64,000 nt of DNA from Balanoglossus misakiensis (lineage: Eukaryota > Animalia > Hemichordata), in assembly GCA_040954595.2 (NCBI GenBank), contig CM082591.2:124001-188000 (forward strand), in the 5' to 3' direction. The notes under the pieces were generated by a model. The model worked only from the letters and a program-made list of their open reading frames with translations, ran no database searches and was not told the origin of the DNA. Shown piece by piece: positions 14,861 through 26,115 of the stretch. How positions within the stretch are numbered: position 1 is the stretch's first letter; the number at the start of each line of letters is the position of its first letter. A program made the translations under genes and the position numbers.

Positions 14861-16723
14861 GTGAGTAGATCATCAGAAAGGAAGATATAAGCCCCCAGAG
14901 GGCATCCTTTATTCTTTTTTATTGAATGCTACTCATGTCAAAGGTTGCTTCATAAAGCAAAGTACAGTCATTTAGATATCCTACAATCATGTTACATTTA
15001 GCAAACATTCTGAACCACAACAAGTATTTTATATCATAAAATTCGAGACATTGTCAGAAACCATTTGGATGTATGCATATACATGCATGCAAGTATGTTC
15101 TATTTCATTTGCGCAAGTTGTTTATGTATTCCATACAACTATAATGACTTCATCTGATGCTTATTGCACCTGTCGTGCGATTGCACAGTTGCAAAGGCAG
15201 TGACAACGTAATCCCGATTGTAAATGCGATGGTCTGTACACGAACCAGAAATAATCAGATGGACAGGAAGGTAAATTCTACATTATAACCTGATTTTAAC
15301 CTCTAACCATTGGTGGATTGGACTTACGTGCCCCATTATTGTTTCCGCATGGCATTCATTTCATGTATATGTGTTTGTGTGTGCAATGTCTCAGCGTAAT
15401 ACAGCAAAAGAGACCGCGTTAAGCCAATCTGCGTCAAAAGCAGTAGTACAGTCTGCTTGACTTGATTTCGTGTATACTTCGTGGCTGTCCACTTCAATTT
15501 ATCAGGGATTTAAGCTCAGGGTACTTTACAGCACTCTGATTATCCTTTTCGTAAACTCCCCCATACAATGTGACTTTCAATAACTGAAGGGTTATACGCC
15601 CCAATTTAAATTTATATTCATATATATTATTGCTGTTAAAATGTTTCGCCCTCTGTGAATACACCTCGCTTTATTACTCCCATTTCCTTCGCGATAGTTG
15701 TTTTTATTGCTTTTTAAATAAACGATGGCTGAATGTCAAATATTAAACATACCCCTTGGAGTGAAAGACGTGCATGATTCTCTTCGTAGAAGGTAAATTA
15801 TTCCAAGGTATCCAAGACTTTTATGACTAGCGTGGATTTGTATGCGCTGTGCTTTACCGTGACGATATACGCCAGCGGGATAGGAAATGTATTGCGCAGG
15901 GAATTCTCTGTTTCGTCTTTGATGACCACAGTTTCAACACCATGCCTCAAGGCAAAGCTATTATGCAGACATCGCAATTTGTAGCATTAAAAGTACCAGC
16001 TCCGGAGAGCTCTTAACGCTCATAGAAAGTGGTCGAATATATCGAAATTATTCATTTTCAATTTCACATGCTCCACTGACTTTCTATACACCTATTCAAG
16101 AGTACGTAGAATTCAATTTTTCTCAATGGCGCTTTGTAATCGGTTAGTTCGAATGTACATGAACAAAAGATTCTGCTTATGTCTTTAGAGTTGCGGAAGT
16201 GTTGATGTTTGGGTCATGAAATCTTAAACAGAAACATATCTTTGCATCCAACTACATTTTAAGTTCTTGCTTTTAACATAGGTGGTTTGTTAATGGTACA
16301 GAGCATAAGTAAAACTGTATCGTTGAAAGAACTACATATTTAGATTTAATGAAATATGACCAGACTTGCTTGGCCACTGTAACAGTAGTTGATAGCCATG
16401 TGTGGTTAGTAGACATTGAAACCCCATAAATAATACTGTATTACTGTAGTACTACTATGTATTAAGCTGTATACCTGAACTTAAGTTCTTTGTAGTTGAT
16501 TTAATGAAAAAGCAAAATTATGCTGAGATTATTTCATGAAAAAGAATTAATCCTTAAACGTTGATATCACTTAATTGCTGAAATAGGAGAGTCCAAGTGA
16601 GGCAAAACAACTTGTTCAAAATCGACGCTTGAAAGCACAAATAATTTTCCCTGACCCACTCACAAACATCATTATTGAAGTACAGACTGTCTCAGTTTAA
16701 GGGATATTTTCTTGTTCTCTCAG

Positions 16724-16815
16724 TGTTATGTGAAGATGAAAGCTCTGGTTCAGGAATAACAGATGTTAATTTAAATATCCTACCAGCTAGCGACAAGAGG
16801 AAACCAGGTACATCG
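16724..16815 (+). CDS. Exon 5' of the microexon array (phase 1 to phase 0), contains a KR site
   Basis: ttttcttgttctctcag|TGTTATG...ACATCG|gtgagt; only one frame is free of stops. Confidence 0.7.
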
Positions 16816-19800
16816 GTGAGTATCATCAAAATGTTGTCATTTTGACATTTTGTCGTATAGTTTAAAGAAAAGAGCTGGTCAGAATGTTGTTCTTTCAAAT
16901 TAAGCTTTACAAGAGACACTAGTTGGATTTTTGTGTTTTTGTGGAAATCAATTCTCTACCATGCCAAACTTTGTTGAGTTGTTTTTTGTAATAAAACTGA
17001 TTTATTTTTCTCTCTCTCTTCATTTTATCCCAATTCTTCATGTTTGCAGCATATGGTAAGTAACTATGTTGTTTTTAACCTGTCCAATCTCTCCTCAGAG
17101 GACTGTGTTCTGGCAGTACATGAGCGCCGCCACATGCTAGATGAATGTGTGAGAGTTTCTCCTAATCCAAATTTGTGGCGTCAGAAAGTGTACTTTGCAA
17201 TCCACAAGAGTGCACTGATTTTTATCAACATCTAGGGAAATGACATTTAATCATTTTACACATAACTGACAATGTGGAGAACATATAAAGTTACAATATT
17301 TTGAACTCGTAAATTTTACATAAGCTTATTATTTCTTTTATCACATATCAAAACTACCGGCACAAGATTAAAGTTTCCTGCAGAATTAGGAATATATTTT
17401 CACCTACATATCACATAAATTCCATTGGATGCCGTGAAATACTTGTTGATCAATACTTATACCATTTTACGACATTTGTCTAATGTCATAAAACATGCTG
17501 CTGTCCCAAATTCTGTCAAGGCAGAGTAGTATACAAGAAACAATGATAGGTCATTTTGTATCATAACATGATACCATATCAAAGTCCTGCCTTTCAGACA
17601 ATACCCCCGGTAGATTATCATCTCCTTTACCTGTAATGGCATATTCACTGCTTTTGAAAACTACTGATATGCTTTCACTAGAATTTGCAGACACATTGTC
17701 GTTAGTTCTCAAACAGTAAATATGTTTACCTTAGAGAGAAGACGTTGGACCACCATTACTAAAATGAACATTTTGCAATCCAATTGTGCTATGACCATAA
17801 TGACGCCGTGGTCTAGCTGTTAAATGGACATAGAGTCTGATATCAAATAGTGCACTACTCATTCTACACATCAATAACTTGCTGCCCCATTTTTGCCTTC
17901 AGTATAAGATATTGTTCTTTTTTATTTGCTGCTGGGTCACTTCAATGTGGGCGGTCTTATCATGTCAAAAAAGTTGGGAAAAGGGCACAGGCATGCAGTA
18001 GTAGTAGCACTAGTACTGAACATTTTTCATGAAATCTCAAAAGTCTTGTGTTCAAATGTTCATTAGTTTAAGATTCCATACATGTTTTAGTAATTTGCTC
18101 TATATACGCCAAGTCTTGGGTAATTCGATGCGCTTTAAAAAGCAATAACAGCTTGTCTTACACAAGTCGTTTCCCGATTATTGACTGAATTACAAATGCA
18201 TGTGAACGTATTTGGTGGCACTTTACATATATCGTCACAATTAACAGTTAACACTTTCTCAAATATGTTGTAGATGACAACATAGCATTTTAGTTCACAA
18301 TGGGCACTGCTTACCACGCGGGCGATTCGCTGACGCCATGCTAATGATTTCAAAGTCACGTTATTACACTAATTTGCATATTAACCAAAGCTAAGTGGTT
18401 GCATATCCACAGTCTATGTTCCATTACCCTGTTTTATTCACCAAGGTTTCCGAAAGAAGTAATTTCCAAACCAGAACTCCCACATTATGCAATTAAAATG
18501 AAGCAATCGCACCTTCTCACAATAAAATCCATGGAAAACGTTGCTAAGAAAATTATTTCAATTCAATGCCTGGTCCATTAATTTTAATTATTCTTTCTTT
18601 CTCTTTTTGACCATGGTGCATTTATTGAACAGGGACAAAGGGTAAGTGTTCAAAGAATTTGAAAATTACATGATTTTAATAAAATTGTAAATATCCTGTA
18701 TATTACCATTACACCATGTTCAAAATATTTCATGTGGCTATACTATGGCATAATGATGGAGCAACTTAACCAATAGATGGTTGTGATGAAATATGTACAA
18801 TGAACTGAGCAATACTGGCTTATCCAGTCATACACACACAAGTTAAACATTAGTTTTTTGAGGAATGAATCAATATCAACCTTTAAAGTTTGATACAATT
18901 ACTTTCGTGCAAATAATTCACATCTGATATATGTTGTTTGGTTTGTATCCAAGCAACAGTGACATTTGTTTACACAAAGCGATTTTATGATGCTTCACCG
19001 TGTACTGACAATAGCTCCAACAGTTTTTGCTCTAATACAAATGTCTACCTGCATCTTTAAACAGAGCCAGGACTGCAAACTAATTTGATATATCCTGAAT
19101 TTAGTACAGACCTGGCTATATGAAATCTGTGATAATTTATTGTTCATGTACATCATGATTATTTGAGTTATCTTCATTACAACAATTACTGCATTTATCA
19201 TCATTTTCCAAATAAACCGACAAAAGCAACACTTTAATTAACTTGAGCACTTCCGGGCTGATGATCTGTTCATTAAGCCCTGGAAGCATTTATGACCACA
19301 AAACTAAAACCTAACCATAAAAACAAGTGCTCAAATTCTCCAATAAAATCTATCTAATTTTTAAACCAAGCAAATAATACTTTACTGTTTATATCAAGGG
19401 ATGGATTTACAACTTATACGTACTAGACAGTGTTAAATTCAAACAAGCATTACAATTCATTAATTTTATAGGAAATAGAAAGAAATAGGTTGGATACACT
19501 GATTTAAATTTTGTAAGATTTTATATTTAAGTTCGTGGTTCATTTCTTGAATTTACTACATAGAGCATACACACACAACTCTTTGGGTCAAGAGTGTAGT
19601 TTTAATGTTTTAAATGGTGGCGCTATATTAAATATGTAGTCACAGACAATTCTGATGCAATGCACCAAAATCTACATCAAACTCACAACCAAGCTAATCA
19701 GAGTGTCTTTTCTTTTGTTCTTGACATGGAATTCTACAACTTTCACACCGGCAGATGGTAAGTATTGTATTGCCTTGCGAAGTTTTCATGCCAATTTGAC

Positions 19801-22358
19801 AGCTAAACATATATCGGAATAGTGTTCTCAAGACAACTTCTTTAAGTCATTTCCCTATAGATCCTTACAAGATAGATCTACTCAATGTACGACTGCGGTT
19901 TGTGGTAATCGTCTACGTTTCTACTATCTGCACTACTATTACTTATTCTTTTTCATGTATTGTTTTGTTCGTAACATTCAGTTTCATGAAAGAAAAACAT
20001 CATTGACTGTCTAAACATTACATTAATATTCTTTCATTTATTTCCTAATTCTTGTTTTGCATCAATCATCAGATGTGTAAGGTGAGTAAAATGTGTTTAA
20101 CAGTTGGTAGCATTTTTTTAAATTTCTTAGAAACATTTATTAAAGGCTGTTAATTATGGGAATACTTAATGCCTCGATTGTGAAATGTGCTACACTACCC
20201 TATGCTTGCCAAGCCCACTGGAGGGGGGGAGGGGGGGGGGGAGCGGGGTATTAATTCTCACAACCATGTTATGCAAAATTTACCATGAAAAGGGCATTAT
20301 CAGTTATTGTCCTGCACAAGAGCGAATGCCGAAAAAATGACATACAATCGAACAAAATATTTATAACATGATAGGATTACAATGAATGATATTTGCCATG
20401 GGTTTTATACATGGCATGAATGTGCAGAGATGCCATCCTGTTCTGGGGAATGTTAATTGTAATTATGCCAGGTTATCACTATAACAAGGTTATCATTACC
20501 TGTGGCTTGATGGACTTCTGCAGACCTAAAGGAATGGGTGTTTCTTCCACATTGAGTCCTGCAAATTTTCCCTCAGAAGTTCTCCAAATCCTGGCAACAA
20601 TCATTCATCCTTGCCAACCTCTTCATATTTTCTTCTTCTCCTTTCAACGTGTTTTTGGGGTCGAGAATATGCTATCATCATCCGACATGAGGCTTTCACC
20701 GTGAACGCGGTGAGGTGTCACGACTGCATGCACATAAAATGGCTTCATGTACAAATTCAGTGAAAGCACCTGGTGAATTAACATATACTACATGTAAATG
20801 TGATCACTCGCAACCAGTAGGAATCTCTATACACAGCTGTACCGGTACACATTCTGATTTTTAATTGGCTGACATGAAAGCAGTGTGTACATGATTGATC
20901 AAGTCTTACACCAGGTGCTGTTGATGTGCAATTGACTGCAGCCTGCATGTCATTCAATATCTGAACGATTGAACTCCACTTGTGTATTATCCAAAACAGG
21001 CATTACACTCAATGAATAAAACGTCACAGCGCCATCTAACGTTTGAGTGATATTTCTACCTTGTCTTGTACAACTTCCAATAAGTGTTTAATGTATTACA
21101 CACAGTAACATACATGTATGACACACCATACTAATCCCTTTGTATTTTTCTTCTTCTTGGTATGACATATCTTGGCCGTTATGACAATCAGCTTCATCCA
21201 GCGGTAAGTCATAATACTCATTTTGTAAGCAATTGATGAGTCTTATGCCAACAATTCCTAATTACAGCCCAGATGCTTACACTTGATTAGAGCTTGTTGG
21301 ATATGAAAATGGCAATTCAAGAATACATTTTGTGTAGGTTTATATACTGTTTTAATTATTTATCCATAACATTTGATGAATCTTTCTTTTCTCTCAATAT
21401 TCTCTCAAACACCTGTGCAGAACTGTAGGAATGTAAGTATACATTCTAATTGTTTTTTTTCTGCACTCAAACTTCGTTTCACAGATAAATAAGTCAGGTT
21501 CTTATTATTGCAGTATTTTACATTCCAGCCTACTTTCTGGAAAAGTATTCAGTATATTTTTGGAGACAAAATGAGTGGCTATACATCGTCACCATTAAGA
21601 GTCATGCCAAGACATGAAAAACAAAGCATTGTCAAATCGATTAGATGGAGGCACTGAAAAAATATTGATACTTGTCTTGCCAGGACCACTTGCTTCAAAT
21701 AAATAACCTATTTGGTATTTCCTTTATCAGTTATGGCCAGGAATGAGACCGGCACCAGGCAAGAAGGTAGAACTTATCACTTTGGGATATTTTCTTTCTT
21801 GAATTACATTATTGTTGGCATAATTCCTACACAAGGTGCCCGATATCGTATATATTCAAACATAGTAAAATTATTTAGATGGAATAATAAAGTATTCTCT
21901 GACAACCAACTCATCTTGTAGCTTTTTAATTTTTTTCTGCAGGCGTCGAACTCTGTTATGAGAAAAATTATCGCAAGCTGGGAGAAGCAAGTGTGGAACG
22001 CAAATCAAATGAATCAAAGAGCAAAGGATAAAGCGGCCAAAAGTATGTACACCAATAATTTAAGATAGCGCCCTCATTCTGCAGATTTTGGTACACCTGT
22101 TCTCACCACATCCAAATTAAAGTTTTATCAGCAAAGAAAGATTTCCCACAATGTGTAGTTTAATCAAAACTCTGTGTTGATCTCTGTCAGCAAATTAGCA
22201 TTTCACTTCTTACACATAATTTTCATTTCCTTGTCTCTGCAGTGGGCTCCGCATTCGGCAAGTGGGAAGAGCCAAAATATGACATTGAATACATACCAGA
22301 AGGACGCCCTCTTTCGAGTACGAAGGATTTGGACGTCTCTATGGGTCCCGATAGTTAA
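16724..22358 (+). CDS. Microexon-array gene encoding an uncharacterised protein, 5' end unresolved: xLCEDESSGSGITDVNLNILPASDKRKPGTS|HM|GQR|M|MCK|LHPA|NCRN|ASNSVMRKIIASWEKQVWNANQMNQRAKDKAAK|MGSAFGKWEEPKYDIEYIPEGRPLSSTKDLDVSMGPDS*
   Basis: Exons 16724-16815, 17050-17055, 18633-18641, 19755-19757, 20073-20081, 21192-21203, 21421-21432, 21943-22042, 22243-22358, all with AG/GT boundaries. Each large flanking exon has only one open frame and both give phase 0 at the array. Confidence 0.75.
17050..17055 (+). CDS. Microexon, 6 nt (HM)
   Basis: ~45-nt pyrimidine tract, tttgcag|CATATG|gtaagt. Confidence 0.8.
18633..18641 (+). CDS. Microexon, 9 nt (GQR)
   Basis: ttctttctttctcttttt...tgc...gaacag|GGACAAAGG|gtaagt. 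Confidence 0.75.
19755..19757 (+). CDS. Microexon, 3 nt (M)
   Basis: tcttttcttttgttctt...ctttcacaccggcag|ATG|gtaagt. Confidence 0.7.
20073..20081 (+). CDS. Microexon, 9 nt (MCK)
   Basis: tttcctaattcttgttttgcatcaatcatcag|ATGTGTAAG|gtgagt. Confidence 0.8.
20221..20248 (+). repeat. Poly-G tract in an intron
   Basis: gagggggggagggggggggggagcgggg. Confidence 0.7.
21192..21203 (+). CDS. Microexon, 12 nt (LHPA)
   Basis: tttttcttcttctt...acaatcag|CTTCATCCAGCG|gtaagt; an internal CAG would instead give a 2-nt exon. Confidence 0.7.
21421..21432 (+). CDS. Microexon, 12 nt (NCRN)
   Basis: tctttcttttctctc...cctgtgcag|AACTGTAGGAAT|gtaagt. Confidence 0.8.
21943..22042 (+). CDS. Exon 3' of the microexon array (phase 0 to phase 1)
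   Basis: tttttttctgcag|GCGTCG...GCCAAAA|gtatgt; only frame 0 is open throughout. Confidence 0.75.
22243..22358 (+). CDS. Last coding exon of the microexon gene
   Basis: tttccttgtctctgcag|TGGGCTCC...GATAGT TAA; phase matches the previous exon. Confidence 0.65.
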
Positions 22359-22481
22359 AGCAGAAGAACGTATATTCATTATTTTGGTAAAGATTTTCTT
22401 GTTTGTGTTATCTATCAATGACATTTGAACTTGTCCTTTTTGATGAGTGTTTGTTTAAATTATCTTCAATTTTCTTTTCAG

Positions 22482-22791
22482 ATACATCACTCAGAGCCGT
22501 CCCCAACCAAAGTTCCGGTCCCAACACACGTCCTACAATCGTGAAATATATTTTATTGATGTCGTCAAACACAAAAGCTATTTGTTACTGTCTGACCAAA
22601 CGCAATAGCTACTCAATGTCACCCACTTTTGTAACATTTTCCTTCCCACACTTAAAGAAGAAACTTGTGCTTCGCAGAATAGAAGAAGAAAAAAGCATTA
22701 GAAAAATAGCACAGCTCCGAGAATGAGAAACTTTATAGGAAGAAAGATTCTGGACCAAAACTAATGTTCGTCAACGGTAAAATGGTAATAA
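22482..22791 (+). other. Probable 3'UTR exon with polyA signal of the microexon gene
   Basis: Donor TTTG|gtaaag after 22386, acceptor tttcttttcag ending 22481, AATAAA at 22786-22791. Confidence 0.4.
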
Positions 22792-23928
22792 AGTTCAAAA
22801 GACAATGGATTTGATGAACTTTACCCTCTGACCCAAGATGATGTCACAGTTTACTAAATTATATCCATACATGGCAAATATTGATCGAGAACAATGTGAC
22901 CTGGCGATATTTCTATCCCAATTGGAATCTGTAATTGGCAATCGATACATTATTAATTCTTTGTTTTACCTTGAAATGTTAAGATGTAAGGTTTAAGTTT
23001 ATGGTGAATGGGTAAATTAAAAGATAGGTTCCCGTCTGCAATTACAGTTACAAGTGTGAAGTTGTCTTCTGTCATGAGATTTGCAAACACCTTTTAATCT
23101 CTCCAGTTTTCATTGTAACTTGGTGAAAGTGAAGTAGAAACCATCTCTCTTTTGTACAACCATGTACATGTGCAAAGGGGTTTTTACGACAAACAATTCT
23201 GGGATTAGAAAACCAGAGTGGGGCTTAGATCGAAGAACTTCTAGTCAGAGTTCAGGACCTGTCCTGAATGATTGGCTGGCGATGGCAAATACAAGGAGAA
23301 TTGGTCTGGTCAAAGAAAGACAATTTGCAGGAGAGACTGAATGTCGATAATTAAGACAAGTATTTGGAGCAGAAATCTTTTACACCATTTTATTTATTTA
23401 TTTATTCATTAAATATAACTACAACAAACCAACAAATAGGATAGTCAATCTGGATGAAAATACATTTCTGGTCGCGGAGGAATGTTGCGAAATACTAGAT
23501 CAATAGTAAATCATCGCATTGATTGAACACAGCACAAAACAGGTGGCAACAGACAATATTGGAGGCAATGTTTACAAAAAACAACACGCATTCATATGAG
23601 CAAAGAGATTCTTCAGCAAATTGTTAATATTAAATATGTTAATTTTTAGGTGGTTAGTGCAATAATTACATAATCTTTGAGTGGGTGCTAAATCCCACAC
23701 AGACCGAGATCTGTCAGATTTGATGAGTAATTTGAAATATTGTCAGATTATGTTTTCCACACATGGTCACAATATTAACTCCCATTCCAATGTGACTAAA
23801 GAGATTATATTTCTATAATCCTGACCACCATGAACAATTTGTAACAGTTCTTCTATGATCACATGCAATGCAACCAGATGGTCTTGGTGCTTCAGCAGCT
23901 TTGCCGTACCATATCCAATTACATGTAC

Positions 23929-24754
23929 CTACACCAGGTCTTGTTGTTCACCAGCTATTAAATGACCTGAAAATAGACAAGCACCTTATGAGAAAGAGCA
24001 GGAGAGAGAGGTGGGGAGAGAGAGAGAAATGCAGAGAGAGAGAGAGGGGGGGGGGTATACTTTGTCAAAAGAACAAGATTTGCCAATTATTTTGTGCAAA
24101 AAATAGCTATGGAAAGTTCAAAAATCTAGCGTTAGATGTTATAGCTGTTGGATCTGAATAATGATTTGAGAAAACTTTTCGTGTTTTACCTTCCTTATCC
24201 AGAAAATACACAACAATTTCTCTTTCATCGGATTCTTCGCTACTCTCTTCACGTCCACCGTGGTTCGGTATAAGTCTTTTCCCAAATATAGAACCACCGT
24301 TGTTTTGTCTTAGTCTTTTCCCAAATAAGGAACCACCGTTGTTTGGTCTAAGTCTTTTTCCAAACGAAGAACCGCCGTTGTTTTGTCGAAGTCGTTTACC
24401 TAGGAGAGAACCACCGTTGTTTGGTCTAAGTCGTTTACCTAGGAGAGAACCACCGTTGTTTGGTCTAAGTCTTTTTCCAAACAAAGAACCACTGTTGTTT
24501 TGTCGAATTCTTTTATCAAGTGAAATATCACTGTTGCCCAGTTTTTCTTCAGAAGAAGTGCCACTGTTCAGAACCATTTGTTTGTCAAACAAGTCTTCAT
24601 CATCAAACCCAGACGGGTTAACTGCATCAGTGTCACTGATTTCATGACTCTTCTCAACACTGGTGTCCAAGTTAGGACCTGCAGACTCAGACTCCTTCCC
24701 GGATGCCAATGTAATGCAGATAAGGACGGTGCAAATGATTATATACCCTTTCAT
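23929..24754 (-). CDS. Multi-copy amidated neuropeptide precursor NP1 (about 200 aa; exons 24754-24190 and 23966-23929)
   Basis: Signal peptide MKGYIIICTVLICITLASG, acidic spacer, six KR-[10 aa]-GKR units (IRQNNSGSLF, LRPNNGGSLL x2, LRQNNGGSSF, LRPNNGGSLF, LRQNNGGSIF), then LIPNHG-GR and an acidic tail. Acceptor ctgtag lies just before the ATG; the final exon after ctattttcag encodes GHLIAGEQQDLV*. Confidence 0.93.
23999..24055. repeat. (GA)n / poly-G microsatellite in the last NP1 intron
   Basis: ggagagagaggtggggagagagagag...gggggggg. Confidence 0.8.
24265..24516 (-). repeat. 39-bp coding tandem repeat (about 6.5 units) encoding the NP1 peptides
   Basis: gaaccaccgttgtttggtctaagtc-type unit recurring every 39 nt. 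Confidence 0.9.
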
Positions 24755-24774
24755 TGTAGAATCCGTTCTACAGA

Positions 24775-24945
24775 GAGATATACAAAGACAGACATAAAGA
24801 CAAACAGAACAGCAGGTATATAGGCAGACAGACAACACAGATAGACAGGCAAACCGACAGATGGGGGGACAGATGGACAGTAACGCGAGAAAGTCAATTA
24901 ACAGAGAGAGAGAGAGGGGCAAGAAAAAACACAGACAATGGATAG
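24775..24945. repeat. Degenerate (ACAG)n/(AG)n low-complexity tract in NP1 intron 1
   Basis: agacagacataaagacaaacagaacagc...; explains the spurious N-terminal extension of the 287-aa ORF. Confidence 0.75.
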
Positions 24946-25016
24946 ACTGGATTCTAAGTGAGTCAATCATCTAACGTAATGTGAGATCTTCAGGAGTGAA
25001 TTATAATCATACATAC

Positions 25017-25180
25017 CAACTACTGAACCACTCCTGAGCATCGATGTGAACAGATGTCTGTAAGTTCTAGTGGTAGTTTGATTAGCGCTTGCATGTCATT
25101 TATATAGTGCACACCGCATAGACATGCCATCAATTAACGTTTAATTACCATTATCATGGCAAATCCGAAAAACGTCATAA
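25017..25180 (-). promoter_or_regulatory. NP1 core promoter and non-coding exon 1
   Basis: TATATAAA on the - strand at 25106-25099, CRE half-site TGACG near 25175, donor GTTG|gtatgt at 25017. Confidence 0.65.
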
Positions 25181-26079
25181 TCAGAATAATTCCAGTAAAT
25201 TAGTTTAGTTTGTCGTGATTTGGGATTTTTCCCACCTTGTTAACATTTCACACTTTGCAGTTTAAATACCATGGCAACCTACAATGAAAATTAGAGTGAA
25301 AACCTTCATGATTTCATTAGGAATTTGGAATTATGATATTGTTGTCTATGGAATAGACAATTAAACAGGCAATACCCTTTGCAGCACAAGCCATTTACTA
25401 CACAGGATATCGTCCGATATCACCTCTTCAACAACCACACGAGCAAAAACATCAAATGTTGATTACTGTGAGCCAATTCTTGCTTACTTTTGTTGCAATA
25501 CAGAGGTTATTTTACCCCAAAAAAAGTTTGGCCAAAGAGAATGTACTGAAGCAATTTAGTTTAAATCTTCGGTTGTGATTTTCAAACAAATATTTCATTC
25601 TAGAATATGAGGGAATGCCACCTGACTTGGTTATCCATTCTGCTTCAGTCATGTTTCTCTGCGGCCAATCACTTCACACTTGACCGCATCGATCGTTATC
25701 ATGATTATGTTATAGCCCACAGAGAACAGACATCAGAAGCCTAGCATGGGTTCGTCACGAGACAATGGTTAGCTAACGATAATTGCTCTCTCCATTCAAT
25801 AAGTGACCTCCCAAGACAACGAAGTTAATAACTCATAGCTTCCATGACAACAAGCTCCACTGGATGTCCGACTGAATGTCACGTCCGTTAACAACATGGC
25901 CCCCGGACGAAGACAGTATCTGATAAAGGACTCCAACAATGCTGTATCTTGTCATTCATTCTTAACCATGCAAATAAAACCATTGACAAAAAAGGGAGAA
26001 TAAGAGGGATATGTGCATCAGAGATATGTGAGAAAGGAACTGAACTTGTTATCTGAAAGTTTAATAACAATATTGTAGT

Positions 26080-26115
26080 ATCAGGAGACTAAACTGGACA
26101 GTTTAGTCTCCTGAT
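26080..26115. repeat. Perfect 17-bp inverted repeat overlapping the hammerhead core
   Basis: atcaggagactaaactg-ga-cagtttagtctcctgat. Confidence 0.9.

Noticed and set aside
22403-22726. 107-aa ORF as a further coding exon of the microexon gene
   Set aside because: Would need a weak gtacga donor at 22318; the stop at 22356-22358 with a UTR intron is simpler, though not proven
24265-24516. 39-bp periodic repeats as a CRISPR array, and the antisense ORF 24300-24647
   Set aside because: No unique spacers and a eukaryotic context; the repeats encode neuropeptides and the + strand ORF is their shadow
24755-24970. 72-aa hydrophobic/Cys-rich N-terminal extension of the 287-aa ORF
   Set aside because: It translates an intronic (CTGT)n/(CT)n tract; a splice acceptor precedes the true MKGY start
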